DNA of 64,000 bases. It comes from Lophium mytilinum (taxonomy: Eukaryota). Shown here in pieces: positions 12,828-24,125 of this stretch. The translations under genes and the position numbers were made by a program. The number at the start of each line of letters is the position of its first letter. The first letter of the stretch is position 1. The stretch is from the NCBI GenBank assembly GCA_010093605.1, contig MU004182.1, forward strand, positions 2,775,195 through 2,839,194, in the 5' to 3' direction. The notes beneath the pieces are model-generated. The model made no database searches. It was not told the origin of the DNA and saw only the letters and a program-made list of their open reading frames with translations.

Positions 12828-14235
12828 TTACCAAACCAAGACCGGCTTCACGGTTGCTGTACTCTTCATGTCCGCTAGCGCCGACTCAAAGTCTTTGACC
12901 TGCGAGAACGTGTCAGCCTCATAGTACGGAGACATGATTGCAAGATTCTCCCAGAGTCCACTTACCGGGTAGAATTTGACAAGCTTGTCAACCGGAAGCT
13001 TACCATCTCGATACCACTGAATCATCTTCGGAATGTACTAGATCTTGTTAAGTAGATTACAAACTTCGAATGGGTATTGACAAACCTCAGACGGCGTGAC
13101 ATCTCCTTCGATGCTGCCACGCAGCGATTTCCCAGTCTGAACAGAATTAGATCCGTGATCATACACATCAGGACGCTACTTACCTGCATGAAAGAGATGA
13201 GATGGACACCCAAGGAAGCTTCTACGGGTGGAACTCCGAGTATGATCATCTGCCCTCGATTTGCTGTAAAGTCCATACCATTCCCGATTACACCCATGTG
13301 TCCAGTGGTATCTATGGTGATGCTCGAGCCATTGCCATCCGTGCGAGACTTGACCTCTTCAACAAGATTGAGCTCCAGATTTGTGGTGTTGATGATATGC
13401 GTCGCGCCGAAACTGCTCGCCATGTCCAATCTTTCTTGGGAGCGATCTACTCCGATGATGGTCTTGCAACCCTTTATCTTTGCAGCCTGGGGGGTTCAGT
13501 ATCATATTTCGACGTGTTCATGGAAAATCTCACCATAATCGCGGCCAGTCCCACACCACCGAGTCCCATGATGACTATTGAATCATCCTTTCCCGCACTG
13601 GTTAATTTGTCTACTGTCCCCACTCCGGTCTGAAAGCCGCACCCGAATGGGGAAAAGAGCTTGAGCTCCTTCTCGTCTTTCACGACTGAAGAAACATTTG
13701 TAATGGAAGATTCTTTAACGATGGTGTGGCTTGCAAAAGACGACTGTCCAAAGAAAGTCCCTGCGGACTTTGACCCATTTTCAATCTCGAAAACCTCTTG
13801 CTCGCCGCCATAGTTGAGCGGTGAGAATTGTTGACAGTAAGATGGATGCCCGTCCTTGCAGTCTTTACAATATGAACAGGACTGGAACGAAAGTAGTACC
13901 GAGTCCCCAACTTTGGCATTCTTCACATCCGAGCCAATTTCTTGCACGACCCCGGCCCCTTTGGTACGCTTAGTACATACATGTAGGAATTGATTCAGAA
14001 TTGACTACTGACCCTCGTGGCCTAGCACCTTTGGATACGGAATAGCTTCCTTTGGCCACGTCGAGAAGACGATGTCAGTGTGACAGAGACCAGTAGATAC
14101 CATGCGCACGACCAGTTCCGTGGGATTGAGCTCGCGCAGTGTCACATTCTCCAGCTTCCAGTTTGGCTGGCCATTTATTGGCTCATGCGCTACGATAGCA
14201 CGAGCAGAGACAGAGGGAGTCTTCGTTCCGGGCAT
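12828..14235 (-). CDS. Zn-dependent (MDR) alcohol dehydrogenase, aryl/benzyl-alcohol dehydrogenase-like
   Basis: GLCHTD, VLGHEG, CSYCKDC..GHPSYC, FFGQSSFA, PFGCGFQTG, GLGGVGL. Confidence 0.92.
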
Positions 14236-15001
14236 GGCTATAACTTTGAGAACAAACGATCGGGCTTGATCAACGTAGAGAGGTATCAAAGGTATAAGGG
14301 CGATTCGAGAAAATCAATTCAAGATTTGGTGATATAATAGCACTCTAAAAGAATGCGTGGGCCCTGGAGATTGGCTCCGAGCTCATAATACATCAGATGA
14401 TGCTCTATAGCGGCATCGTCGAGTCTTGAAAACCATCATTTCAGCCGCGGTATGGACCAACAAAGCGGTTCGGAAGCGAGGAGGGGTAACTGTCGTGGGG
14501 AGAAGGTGTTGCCATGGGGAAATGCGGGGAGAGGGGGAAAACTATGAATCGTTGGAGGCACCGAAAAGGGGATGGATTGGCTTGGCATGTAGGCTAGAGC
14601 TAGTCTAGCGTATTATATACATTACGGAGTATGTTACGCTCTGCCACCGCATCATCCTGTTCCTCTCATCTATGCGCTCCATCGCTGTAAGCTGACCCCC
14701 ATCGGCTTCTCCTCGCGGGTCTCTTTTCCTTTTCACTTTACTGTTTAAATGGCCTAGAGTATGAAACATAGTGTGGTTTGAGTGGCTAATTCTTCTCCCC
14801 CGCGAACTGTAACTTCGTAATCTACGCTTGAACTCTTGACCCTCGGTTCACGGTTCAATTAGGTCCCTTGCGGGGCTTTGGATCTTGATACAGCATACCA
14901 GGATGGGCTACAAAGACGGCCATGTGGTCCCACAGCGACATCACACTTGTCCGCGATTCTCATACGTCACCAAATCAGAACCGTAAAAACTTTCTATCAT
15001 C

Positions 15002-16605
15002 ATGGCTACCAATGGCATCGTCAAAGACCTTGACTTCTCAAGCTTTCATAATGTCATCGACGGCAAACTAGTCGATACAAAATCTACGAGGCGTGGCATC
15101 AATCCCGCCACGAATGAAGAGCTCTGGCCCTGCCCGGTCTCTACACCGCAGGATGTGGACGCCGCCATCCAGGCAGCCCGTACGGCTTTCAAGAGCTGGA
15201 GTAAGACCACTCTGCAGCATAGGAAAGCGCAATTGCTAGCTTTTTCTGCGGCATTCACTGCCCTGAGATCGGAATTTGGTGAGGTACTCACGAAGGAGCA
15301 AGGCAAAGCGGTACGGACCCCAGATGCCGAAGTCTAGTATGATGCTGATAACTTGCAGACTTTCTTTGCTGAACAAGAAGTCGACTTTGGGGCATACTGG
15401 CTTGCTGGAACCTGCGCGCTCGAGATGCCGTTTGAAGTCGTTGATGATACGCCCGACATGCTGGTCAAGACTCGTTACACCCCGCTCGGAGTTGCAGTAG
15501 GCATTGTGCCTTGGAACTGTGAGATTCATTTCGCTTCGCAGTATGTAGCAATTACTGACATTGGTAGTCCCTATCATGCTACTTTGCGGTAAAATCGCCC
15601 CTGCAGTTATGACTGGAAATTGCATCATTATCAAACCGTCGCCGTTCACACCATACTGTGGAATCAAGATTGTCGAACTTGCGCAGAAGTTCTTCCCGCC
15701 CGGTGTGATTCAGGTCCTCAGTGGAGATGACAACCTTGGGCCCTGGCTTACTGCTCACGCCGGTATCAACAAGATCAGCTTTACAGGCTCTACGGCAACG
15801 GGAAAGAGGGTGATGGAAAGCGCCAGCAAGAACCTTGTTAGAGTCACCTTGGAGCTGTAAGCATTCGGGGGAGTGTATGGCCAACGCAGGTGCTAATAAT
15901 ATTAACAGGGGAGGGAACGACCCTGCTATAATCTGCTCGGACGTTGATATCGCGACCGTGGCCCCTCAGATCGCAGCGATGGCTTTCATGAACGCAGGGC
16001 AGATCTGCATCGCAATCAAACGGATTTACATTCACAAGGACATCTATATTCAGTTCCGTGACGCTTTCGTTGAGTGTGTCAAAGCCTTTAAGGTCGGAAA
16101 CGGCTTTGAGAAGGATGTCTTTCTAGGTCCTGTCCAGAACAGACTGCAATACGACCGCGTTAAGACGTTCCTCGACGATGTCAAGTCTTCTGGACAGAAG
16201 GTTGCGACTGGCGGACAGGTTATTGACACGAATACATCTGGTCTTTTCATCCAGCCAACTGTTATCGACAACCCCGCCGACGATAGTAAGATCGTCGCGG
16301 AAGAGCCTTTCGGGCCGGTTGTCCCTCTCTTGCAATGGTCGGAGGAAGACGAAGTCATCGCCAGAGCGAATGATACCGACATGGGACTGGGTGCTTCGGT
16401 GTGGTCCGAGGATATTGACAAGGCTCTTCGCATTGGCGAATCTTTAGAGGTGGGTAGTGTGTGGATCAACGAGCATCTGGGCATCAAACCTACGGCAACA
16501 TTCGGAGGTCAGAAGCAAAGTGGGATTGGTCGCGAATGGGGGGTTGATGGGTTACGAGGTTACTGCAATACGCAGACTGTGTTCCTGAACCATCGTCGTT
16601 CGTAA
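15002..16605 (+). CDS. NAD-dependent aldehyde dehydrogenase, multi-exon
   Basis: IVPWN, KPSPFTP, FTGSTATG, TLEL(GG)ND, NAGQIC, EEPFGP. Confidence 0.95.
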
Positions 16606-16648
16606 ACAGCATTCGTAATACCATATTTTAAACTAGCGTTTACTCTTC

Positions 16649-16826
16649 AAGAACCCAATATCCGAAGCCCTCCATCCGTAGCTTTGTCTCACTAACTTCC
16701 ACCTTCGCGATCAAGCCTGAGAATCACTGACACCCTAAAGAACCCGATATCCGAAGCCCTCCATCCATAGCTTCGTATCCATAACTTCTACCTACGCGAT
16801 CAAGGCTGAGAATTACTGACACTCTA
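16649..16826. repeat. Diverged tandem duplication, 2 x ~89 bp, between the ALDH and P450 genes
   Basis: aagaaccc(a/g)atatccgaagccctccatcc...cgcgatcaag(c/g)ctgagaat(c/t)actgacac occurs at 16649 and 16738. Confidence 0.9.
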
Positions 16827-17236
16827 GGATTAGGTTCGAACGAGGCTCACAAGTGTGTTTTAACTACGGAAAGCTTTCATCCTAATTCGTTACTAGCAGG
16901 ACAAGACTACGACACTGATATTCATTACCGTTGACTAAGGCAACACTAACCTCTTCCATGCCACCCGGCACACGCCGCCATCCTTGACGCCCACAGATCC
17001 CATCCTGCCCAACTACCGTGGTCCGTGGCTCAATCTCGGCCCAATTCTCCACCCAGGGCGACAAACATGTGGCGTGTCGACCGTGGGGTCCGGGGCGATA
17101 TTGCGGGGAAAACGCGAACTTTTACTCCGGATTTCTACCCAATACGGCTAGCGGAACGATCATTCATTATTCTTAATGCTCAGGAGGTGCTCGGTATATC
17201 CTCTGCTGAAACTTTATACTCGATTTTCAACTCAAC

Positions 17237-19094
17237 ATGGCTCTCAATCTCCCTGCTCTTGTGCCAGCTGCGGCCTTTCTAGGTCTTGTTTCCCACTTGG
17301 CGTATTTCATCAATGGCGAACATCACATGGAAGCGATGGGGCTCTTTCAGGCGGCGTTGTTCCTTCCGCCGGCGATGACTGCCGGTTTGGTGTATTTGAC
17401 TGATAGCACGGTTGTAGAGGCAGCGAAAATAGTCGCTCTTTTGCTGGCTGCTTATTTGACGCCTCTCTTCACGAGTATGCTCCTATATCGCGTATTCTTC
17501 CATCGACTGCGCAGATATCCGGGGCCGTTTTCAGCCAAGTTGTCCAAGCTATGGCACGTCTCGAAACTGTCCAATAAGGACAACCACAAGCAATTGCAGA
17601 CATGGCATGCTAAATACGGGGAATACGTTCGAACTGGTAAAAGCTTCCACCTCATGTATTGAGCAGAGAGTTGACCGCAAAACACAGGCCCAACCGAGCT
17701 CTCAATCGCGGACCCCGACGCCGTCGAGCTCATCTATGGCCCGCGAACCAGATGCACAAAAGCTCCGTGGTACGACATTTCAATGCCGCTGGTCTCCATG
17801 CACCAGAACCGCAACAAGGCTGAGCACGACCGCCGCCGCCGCTCTGCCTGGGACAAAGGCTTCGGGGCTAAAGGTAACTCCCCTTCCACTCCCACCTCTC
17901 ATCATTTCACTAACACACCATCCACTCAAGCCCTCCGCGACTACGAGCCCCGCGTAGTCAACTACGCCGACCTCCTCGTCTCGCAGATCTCCACCTTCGC
18001 CGGCGCGCCCCTCAACGCATCGCGCTGGATGAACTACTACAGCTTCGACGTCATGGGCGACCTGGCTTTCGGCAAGTCCTTCGACATGCTGAAAAACGGG
18101 CAATCGCACTTCGCCATCGACCTGTTGAACAAAGCCCAAGGGGCGTTCGGGCTGCTGTCGCCCGCCGTTTGGGTCTTCCGCATCCTAACGCGCATGCCAA
18201 TCATCAGCGCCGACTACAAGGCCTTTGTCGCATGGTGCGAGAACCAGATGATCGAGCGCACCAAGATGAAGGTTGAGAAGCCGGATATCGCGCACTGGCT
18301 CATAAACAGCCCGCCCATGTCGAGCGACCCGTTTGTGAATCGGATGTGGGCGGCGGGGGATTCGAGGCTGATTATAGTCGGGGGCAGTGACACGACGGCA
18401 GCGACCTTGACGTTTTTGTTCCATTACCTGGCGAAGAACCCAGCGGAGATTGAGAAGCTGAGGAAGGAGTTGGAGGGGGTGGTTGTGAATGCGAATGAGA
18501 CGTTGCAGGCAGCGTTGAGGGATCTGCCGCATTTGAATGGAGCGATCAATGAGGCATTGAGGTTGAATCCGCCGGTGCCATCGGGACTGCAAAGGATGAC
18601 GCCGCCGGAGGGCATGGATGTGGGAGGGAAGAGGGTGCCCGGGCTAGTGACGGTGTTTGTGCCCAGTTATGTTATGGGGAGATGTGAGCGTCTGATTCGG
18701 GAGCTGGAAACTTATTGGAAGCTGACCATTGCGTAGCCGAGGAGTGTTATGAGCGGCCGTACGACTTTGTCCCTGAGAGGTGGTACTCAAGGCCGGAGAT
18801 GGTCAAGAGGAAAGATGCATTTATACCATTCTCGTCAGGTGAGTATCAATTGCGGCGCTACAGCACTACTGCACTACTTCGTGCTAATCGATTCACGCAG
18901 GCGCCTACTCATGCATCGGCAAGCAGCTTGCTCTGCAAGAAGTCCGCACAGTGACGGCGAAGCTAATCACTAAGTTCGACGTCAGTTTTGCACCGGGCGA
19001 AGATGGGTCGACTCTGCTAGAAGAATCCAAAGACATCTTCACCACGGAACTGGGCGACATGTTCCTATGTTTCAAGCTGAGAAAGCAGGAGTGA
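17237..19094 (+). CDS. Cytochrome P450 monooxygenase, multi-exon
   Basis: N-terminal TM segments, YPGP, I-helix IVGGSDTT, EALR, PERW. The heme motif PFSSG-AYSCIG is split by an intron. Confidence 0.93.
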
Positions 19095-20049
19095 TAGCTT
19101 GACGTGGAGAGAAATGGCTCAAAATAACATAACGTTGAATGTTTGAAAGAGATGGTGGAAGACCTGCAAATAAAGCTTAAACAATGAAGTGTCAACAGAC
19201 TAGCGTGTTGTATATGACGATGCGGGAAAAAGAGCTGTAACTGATGCATGACCCCAGGATGAGACAAACCGAAGTGGCATGGCGCAGATCAATCTAGAGT
19301 CCGATGGATGAGTACTCCAGACATGCAACAGCTCCGAAAGCGAGCTACTCCGCCACGCTGGACTTGAAACATGTGACACACTCAGCAATCAATCTGGTTA
19401 GTGTACACCGGTCTGCCGCTGCTTGTGGTGCTTCAATGCATCTTTAAAATATCAAAGAGATGGAAACTCCTAGCTTTGACTTTCGGAAACTTATGCAGGC
19501 ACTCCAAGCAGTGCCAGACAGGTGTAAACATGACCGCAAAGCACAAATCTTAATGATACTGCCGATCCTTTTATAACCCAGCGTGCCTCAGTCGCCCATC
19601 TCATCAGTATTACACCTCAGGATTCTTAAAAACAATCTGGCTCAAGTCCGTGGGTCTGTATCCCGTTCATATTCCCACGATCTCTACTTGCTTGAGATCC
19701 GACGGAGATCAGGCACTGCCCATGACGCAATCACGGGTTCCGACCGATTTTGACACGTGGAGATTACTCCGAAAAACCAGCAGTATTGACTGACCGAATG
19801 AGAAAACCGACAACAGACTCGAAAATAGAGAACCTGAACGCACTATACCCTGTCCCTCCTCCCAGAGAAAGAACCATCCGAAATCGTTCAAGGCAAGAAC
19901 GGGTATCGCCCTCCTCAAAGCGCCTCAACGACCATCCACCAATCCCGCATCCCAGTCCTCCATCTCATGCTTCGTGAATGTCGACTGGAATGATAACGCT
20001 CTTCGTGCCCTCCACATAGCTTTCAACCACATTCTCCTTATCGCGCTCC

Positions 20050-20223
20050 CTACTTCTTAGCCGCCGTCTTCTTCGCCGTCGTTGTGGTCGTCGTCTTGCC
20101 GAACCTCGCCTCCCGCGCAACCGCCGCCCGCTTCTGCGCAGCAGCCTTCTTCTCTGCCTTGACTCTCGCCTTCTCGATGCGGCCCTTCTGCATGGCGGCT
20201 TTGGCGGTGGAAGAGACAGCCAT
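20050..20223 (-). CDS. Small basic Lys/Ala/Arg-rich protein, 57 aa, not in the ORF track
   Basis: MAVSSTAKAAMQKGRIEKARVKAEKKAAAQKRAAVAREARFGKTTTTTTAKKTAAKK*. GC-ending codons (all Lys are AAG except one), a C/A-rich leader and gcaATGG context. Confidence 0.6.
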   Translation of the reverse strand: MAVSSTAKAAMQKGRIEKARVKAEKKAAAQKRAAVAREARFGKTTTTTTAKKTAAKK

Positions 20224-21617
20224 TGCGATTGTGAGTAGCGATTAGGTGCGATGGAGTTGGGTGTATGGACGGAGGCGTCTGCGCGTGATGAGTTTCGAGT
20301 GTATATTCGAAGTATTTGGAGATTTGGTTTGCTAGCGGGTTCTGGGACGGTATATTCAACTTTTGATGCTGGAGTGGTGCTGGAGTGGAGGAGGGGAGGT
20401 CACTGGGGAGCGACGTTGTTGATAACGACTTCTAGACGCGACGCGACAGAAGTGCGCTAACCGGATTCGGGCGTGTATATGAGAACAATCACTTTTACGA
20501 GAGCCTGACGTTGTGTTCTTGTGTCAGGGTCACAGGTAGCCCTGGAGTGATGTATCATTACTATCAAGCTTCATAGGTCTTCATAGGTCAAGAGAAGGCT
20601 TCAACTCATGTATCTGAGACGCAATATTCGATCATGAAACATGGATATAAGACCTGGGCATGATCCGCATGAGATGGATAAGCTTAGGGCCTGAGCTACC
20701 GAGGAACTTGCCGCAACAGTAACACGTGGAACGCCTATGGAGTTCTAATTAAAAAGGGTAAGTGGGCCCAATAACGACATCCATGTCTATCCCTCGAATA
20801 CGCCGAAGTATAGATTGAAACCAGGTCAGAATGGGCTTCTCGCGAATCTGGTCTTCTTTGACGACGTCTTGAACGCACACCATTCCTCCGCTACTCTAAA
20901 TCTTTCGAAATCAAGACGGTCTTAAGAAGCTTATTGTACAGTGCTTTGCTGTAGATATCCGCACACTTCCCTACTAGAGTTTGAGGGGCTCCAAAGTACC
21001 ACTAGAAACCGGGGGTAGCGGATACGCTTTCAGCTTGTGGAGTAGCCTTGCGAGCTTACCAGTAGTCCAGAATATCGTAATTTCTTCTTAATCGGAACGC
21101 TGAAAATCCCGTAAGGCTTCTCAAGCAGTGGTAAACGAGTGGTTACGCATTTCTATTACGAGTCATTGTAGTACAGATGTAACAGCGCTCTCTCCATTAG
21201 CTTTTGCCTCGCTGTGACTCCCGATTGGAGCACGACTTCTTATTTCATTACGGCCAATGAACCTTGCGATTCCAAGCAGAGTCATCCTGGATATGTCATC
21301 GGCCTCAGAAGCTATAGGCTCTCGAGTTCGTCTTCTGCTTCAAGCGATCACAGCAAACACGTCCATGGATTCAGACTGAGGCCCAGCAAAATCGCCAAAC
21401 ATGAGGTCGATGTTCCGAAATGGACGGAGGGAATTGCTGTCTATCATGCGATCTATAATGTGGACGTAATGTAAGCACGTGATACGTCCAGAGGCGAAGG
21501 CTGGACTAACCGCGTCTCTGTCTTCAGCCGGGAAGTGGGCTACGAGGATACGTCTAATTCCTGGTAGCAGATTTGGCGAGAACCATCGATACCCGACGAC
21601 TCAGACGCCTGGTACGT

Positions 21618-21962
21618 CTATATCTTTATATCATTTATAAACTCTGTGCTGATCTGTGGGATGTTCAAGGCTGGCAGAACTGGCCGTCGTTTCGTGCTTC
21701 TAGCTGGTAATGCTGGCGGGTCCGCACTTTGAGCTGGCAGTTCTGTGACACCAGGAATCGGTCTTTTGGTGCTCTTTGCTGGCACGCTTGGTGTATAGGC
21801 ACTCGATTTCTCTGTCTCATCTTTGGTGTTCAACAATCGCTTTACGAAGCCAAAGCACATGACGCCGATGACGGCGGTGGTGATGGCGTCTCCAATGGAA
21901 AACAAACGGCGACTCAAGCGGGATTCCGCGAACGAGTATCGTTTTGGTGTAGACGTTGGCAT
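21618..21962 (-). CDS. Hypothetical small protein with one possible TM segment and a Pro-rich tail
   Basis: 114-aa ORF with hydrophobic AITTAVIGVMCFGFV, internal PAKSTKRP/PARSTKRRP repeat, and a TATA-like element near 22177. Confidence 0.35.
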   Translation of the reverse strand: MPTSTPKRYSFAESRLSRRLFSIGDAITTAVIGVMCFGFVKRLLNTKDETEKSSAYTPSVPAKSTKRPIPGVTELPAQSADPPALPARSTKRRPVLPALNIPQISTEFINDIKI

Positions 21963-22799
21963 GGAGAAAGCTCGGTCGAGGAAGCTGGAGGAATCTTGGA
22001 GTTTGTAACACCGATTCTTAGCATATAGAATATCGTGATGAAAAGCAAGAAAAAGTTCTGAATTGGCGACACTCTACGTGCGAGAAGAGAATAAATGAGA
22101 AATATGATGAGAGTAGGATACGTTTCATTCCTGCGAAGTTGTGAGGGGTAACCGAGACATAGTGGCACGCCTGTCTTTATATATAGCCAGAACGCTCCGG
22201 AGCCACACCACGTAATAAGGTAGTCCCATAATAAAACACCGATTCCATGTACAGTCACGGAGCCTGCCATAGTTTGCCGCTCCCTAGAAATGACTTTGAA
22301 ACAGCAGATGAATGTACTAGTGATATGATGAAAGACGAGGTTGGCCTGAGAGAAAGCGGGTCACGGGACATCAGGGTCTAGAATATGCAGGTGCCTTGAT
22401 CTCCTCAGGCATCTTGGCGAGACCGTTAGAGGCGCAGTGGGCAGTGCGGGTTCTAGGCGGTCGTCGGGTGGCTGGAGGAAAATTCGGGATGGAGAGGAGA
22501 CGTGAGAGGGCGCGGGGTGGGCGGTGTAGAGGCTGATGACATGAGAGATTTCGCTGTCGTCGCTGGGGAATGCAGGATGACGTCTCTCACCTGACCCGCC
22601 AGCACAGCAGCCAGCAGCTTCGGCTTCAGCTATTAAACACCATCACACGGTCATCCACCGCAAGCCACCACGCCCTCATCACCAGGTCCTATTTCATGAA
22701 TAAAATCTTAGGTGCAATACACCCTCTACAACAACATTCTCGAAGCTAGTACAACATCTCCACATCCAGCAAAGATCAGCACACACTTCCACCCCTACG

Positions 22800-23933
22800 A
22801 TGCCACGACCTCGAAAATACTACGACGACGACGAGAGCGACGACGATGGCTACGCGCCCCCTCCAAGAAAGTATCGCCCCGAGAATGAGCCCCGACAGCC
22901 CGACCGACGTTCAAGGGGAGATCGAAACCCGTATGAAGACGACGATCGCATTCCCCCTCCCCCTGTGACCCCGAATCCACCCCGCCAGTACCCTCCAGTT
23001 GCCGATCCTCCAGAAGCTGTCGACGACGAGCGCCCTTCTGGTCGACATCAACCCAGAGCCCGGCGAGCGAAAAGCCCCCCGCAGGACGATGGCAGGCCGC
23101 CAAGAGAGACTCGAGACCCATATGGGGTAGACGAAGGAGAAATACGCAAGATACCAAGGAGCGGGAAGGCAGCAGCGGCAAAGGGCCCCTCTGGGGCGGA
23201 TGATGATGACCGCGATCCAGCACCACGACGCCGGAGACGTGGTGACGATGACCTGGATCGTGAATCTAAGGGCATGGCATTGCCGGTGAGGAGCAAGACT
23301 CGCGACAACTCTCCCGCCAGGGATGATAGGCCCCGGAGACGACCACAAAGCTACGCTCTACCTGATCCATACGACTCCCGAGGCGCCCCACGGGAACGCC
23401 GACAGCCCTCGCGTCGATACGACGATGAGGACGACCGCGAGCCTCCACGCCGCAGAGACCGCGAGAGGTCCGGCTACAAATCAGACGGCCCGGACCCCCG
23501 CCGACGCCGCAGCCGCTACGACGAGGATGACTACGAAGATGATCGCAACCCCCCTCCGCGACGACGAGACGACGGATACCGCTCTGATCGTGCTCGCCGC
23601 GACGCACCTCCGCCGAAACCTCGATATGACGACTACTACTCTGACCATCGCGACGATCGAGGTGCCCGGCGGGGAGGTCGGGACAGATACGCAGACGAAC
23701 GAGACCGTCGAGACCGCTATGAACGAGACCCCAGAGACCGCTATGATCGAGACCCTAGGGACGACAGATATGGAGCCAGGGACACTCCGCGGAGCAAGAA
23801 GGAGGCCGCTGATTGGCAGAGGCAAGCCAAGACTATGTTCATGAAGCATGGCTTGCCCGTGATAAAGAAGGAGGGTGGCCGACTGCTCCAGAAGGAGATG
23901 GCTAAGTTTTTGGCAGGTCAAGCCGGGCGATAG
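22800..23933 (+). CDS. Low-complexity Arg/Asp/Pro-rich hypothetical protein
   Basis: 377-aa ORF with RDRYDRDP repeats and a short predicted helical C-terminus, preceded by a C/A-rich leader. Confidence 0.7.
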   Translation: MPRPRKYYDDDESDDDGYAPPPRKYRPENEPRQPDRRSRGDRNPYEDDDRIPPPPVTPNPPRQYPPVADPPEAVDDERPSGRHQPRARRAKSPPQDDGRPPRETRDPYGVDEGEIRKIPRSGKAAAAKGPSGADDDDRDPAPRRRRRGDDDLDRESKGMALPVRSKTRDNSPARDDRPRRRPQSYALPDPYDSRGAPRERRQPSRRYDDEDDREPPRRRDRERSGYKSDGPDPRRRRSRYDEDDYEDDRNPPPRRRDDGYRSDRARRDAPPPKPRYDDYYSDHRDDRGARRGGRDRYADERDRRDRYERDPRDRYDRDPRDDRYGARDTPRSKKEAADWQRQAKTMFMKHGLPVIKKEGGRLLQKEMAKFLAGQAGR

Positions 23934-24125
23934 TTGCGTCGCGTGAGAGCAGATACAGGTGCAGTCACCCCATATACGACTTCATGAGGAAATTGGCTAC
24001 ATTGCAAATACTTGTAAGAATGTTTGGCGTTTTCAGCGGATCCATTAACTAGAATGTCTATCAGTTACACCTCTCTACCGTCGTCTCCCTCGTGCATTAG
24101 TCTCCCGTCTTTCTTTGAATCTCTA

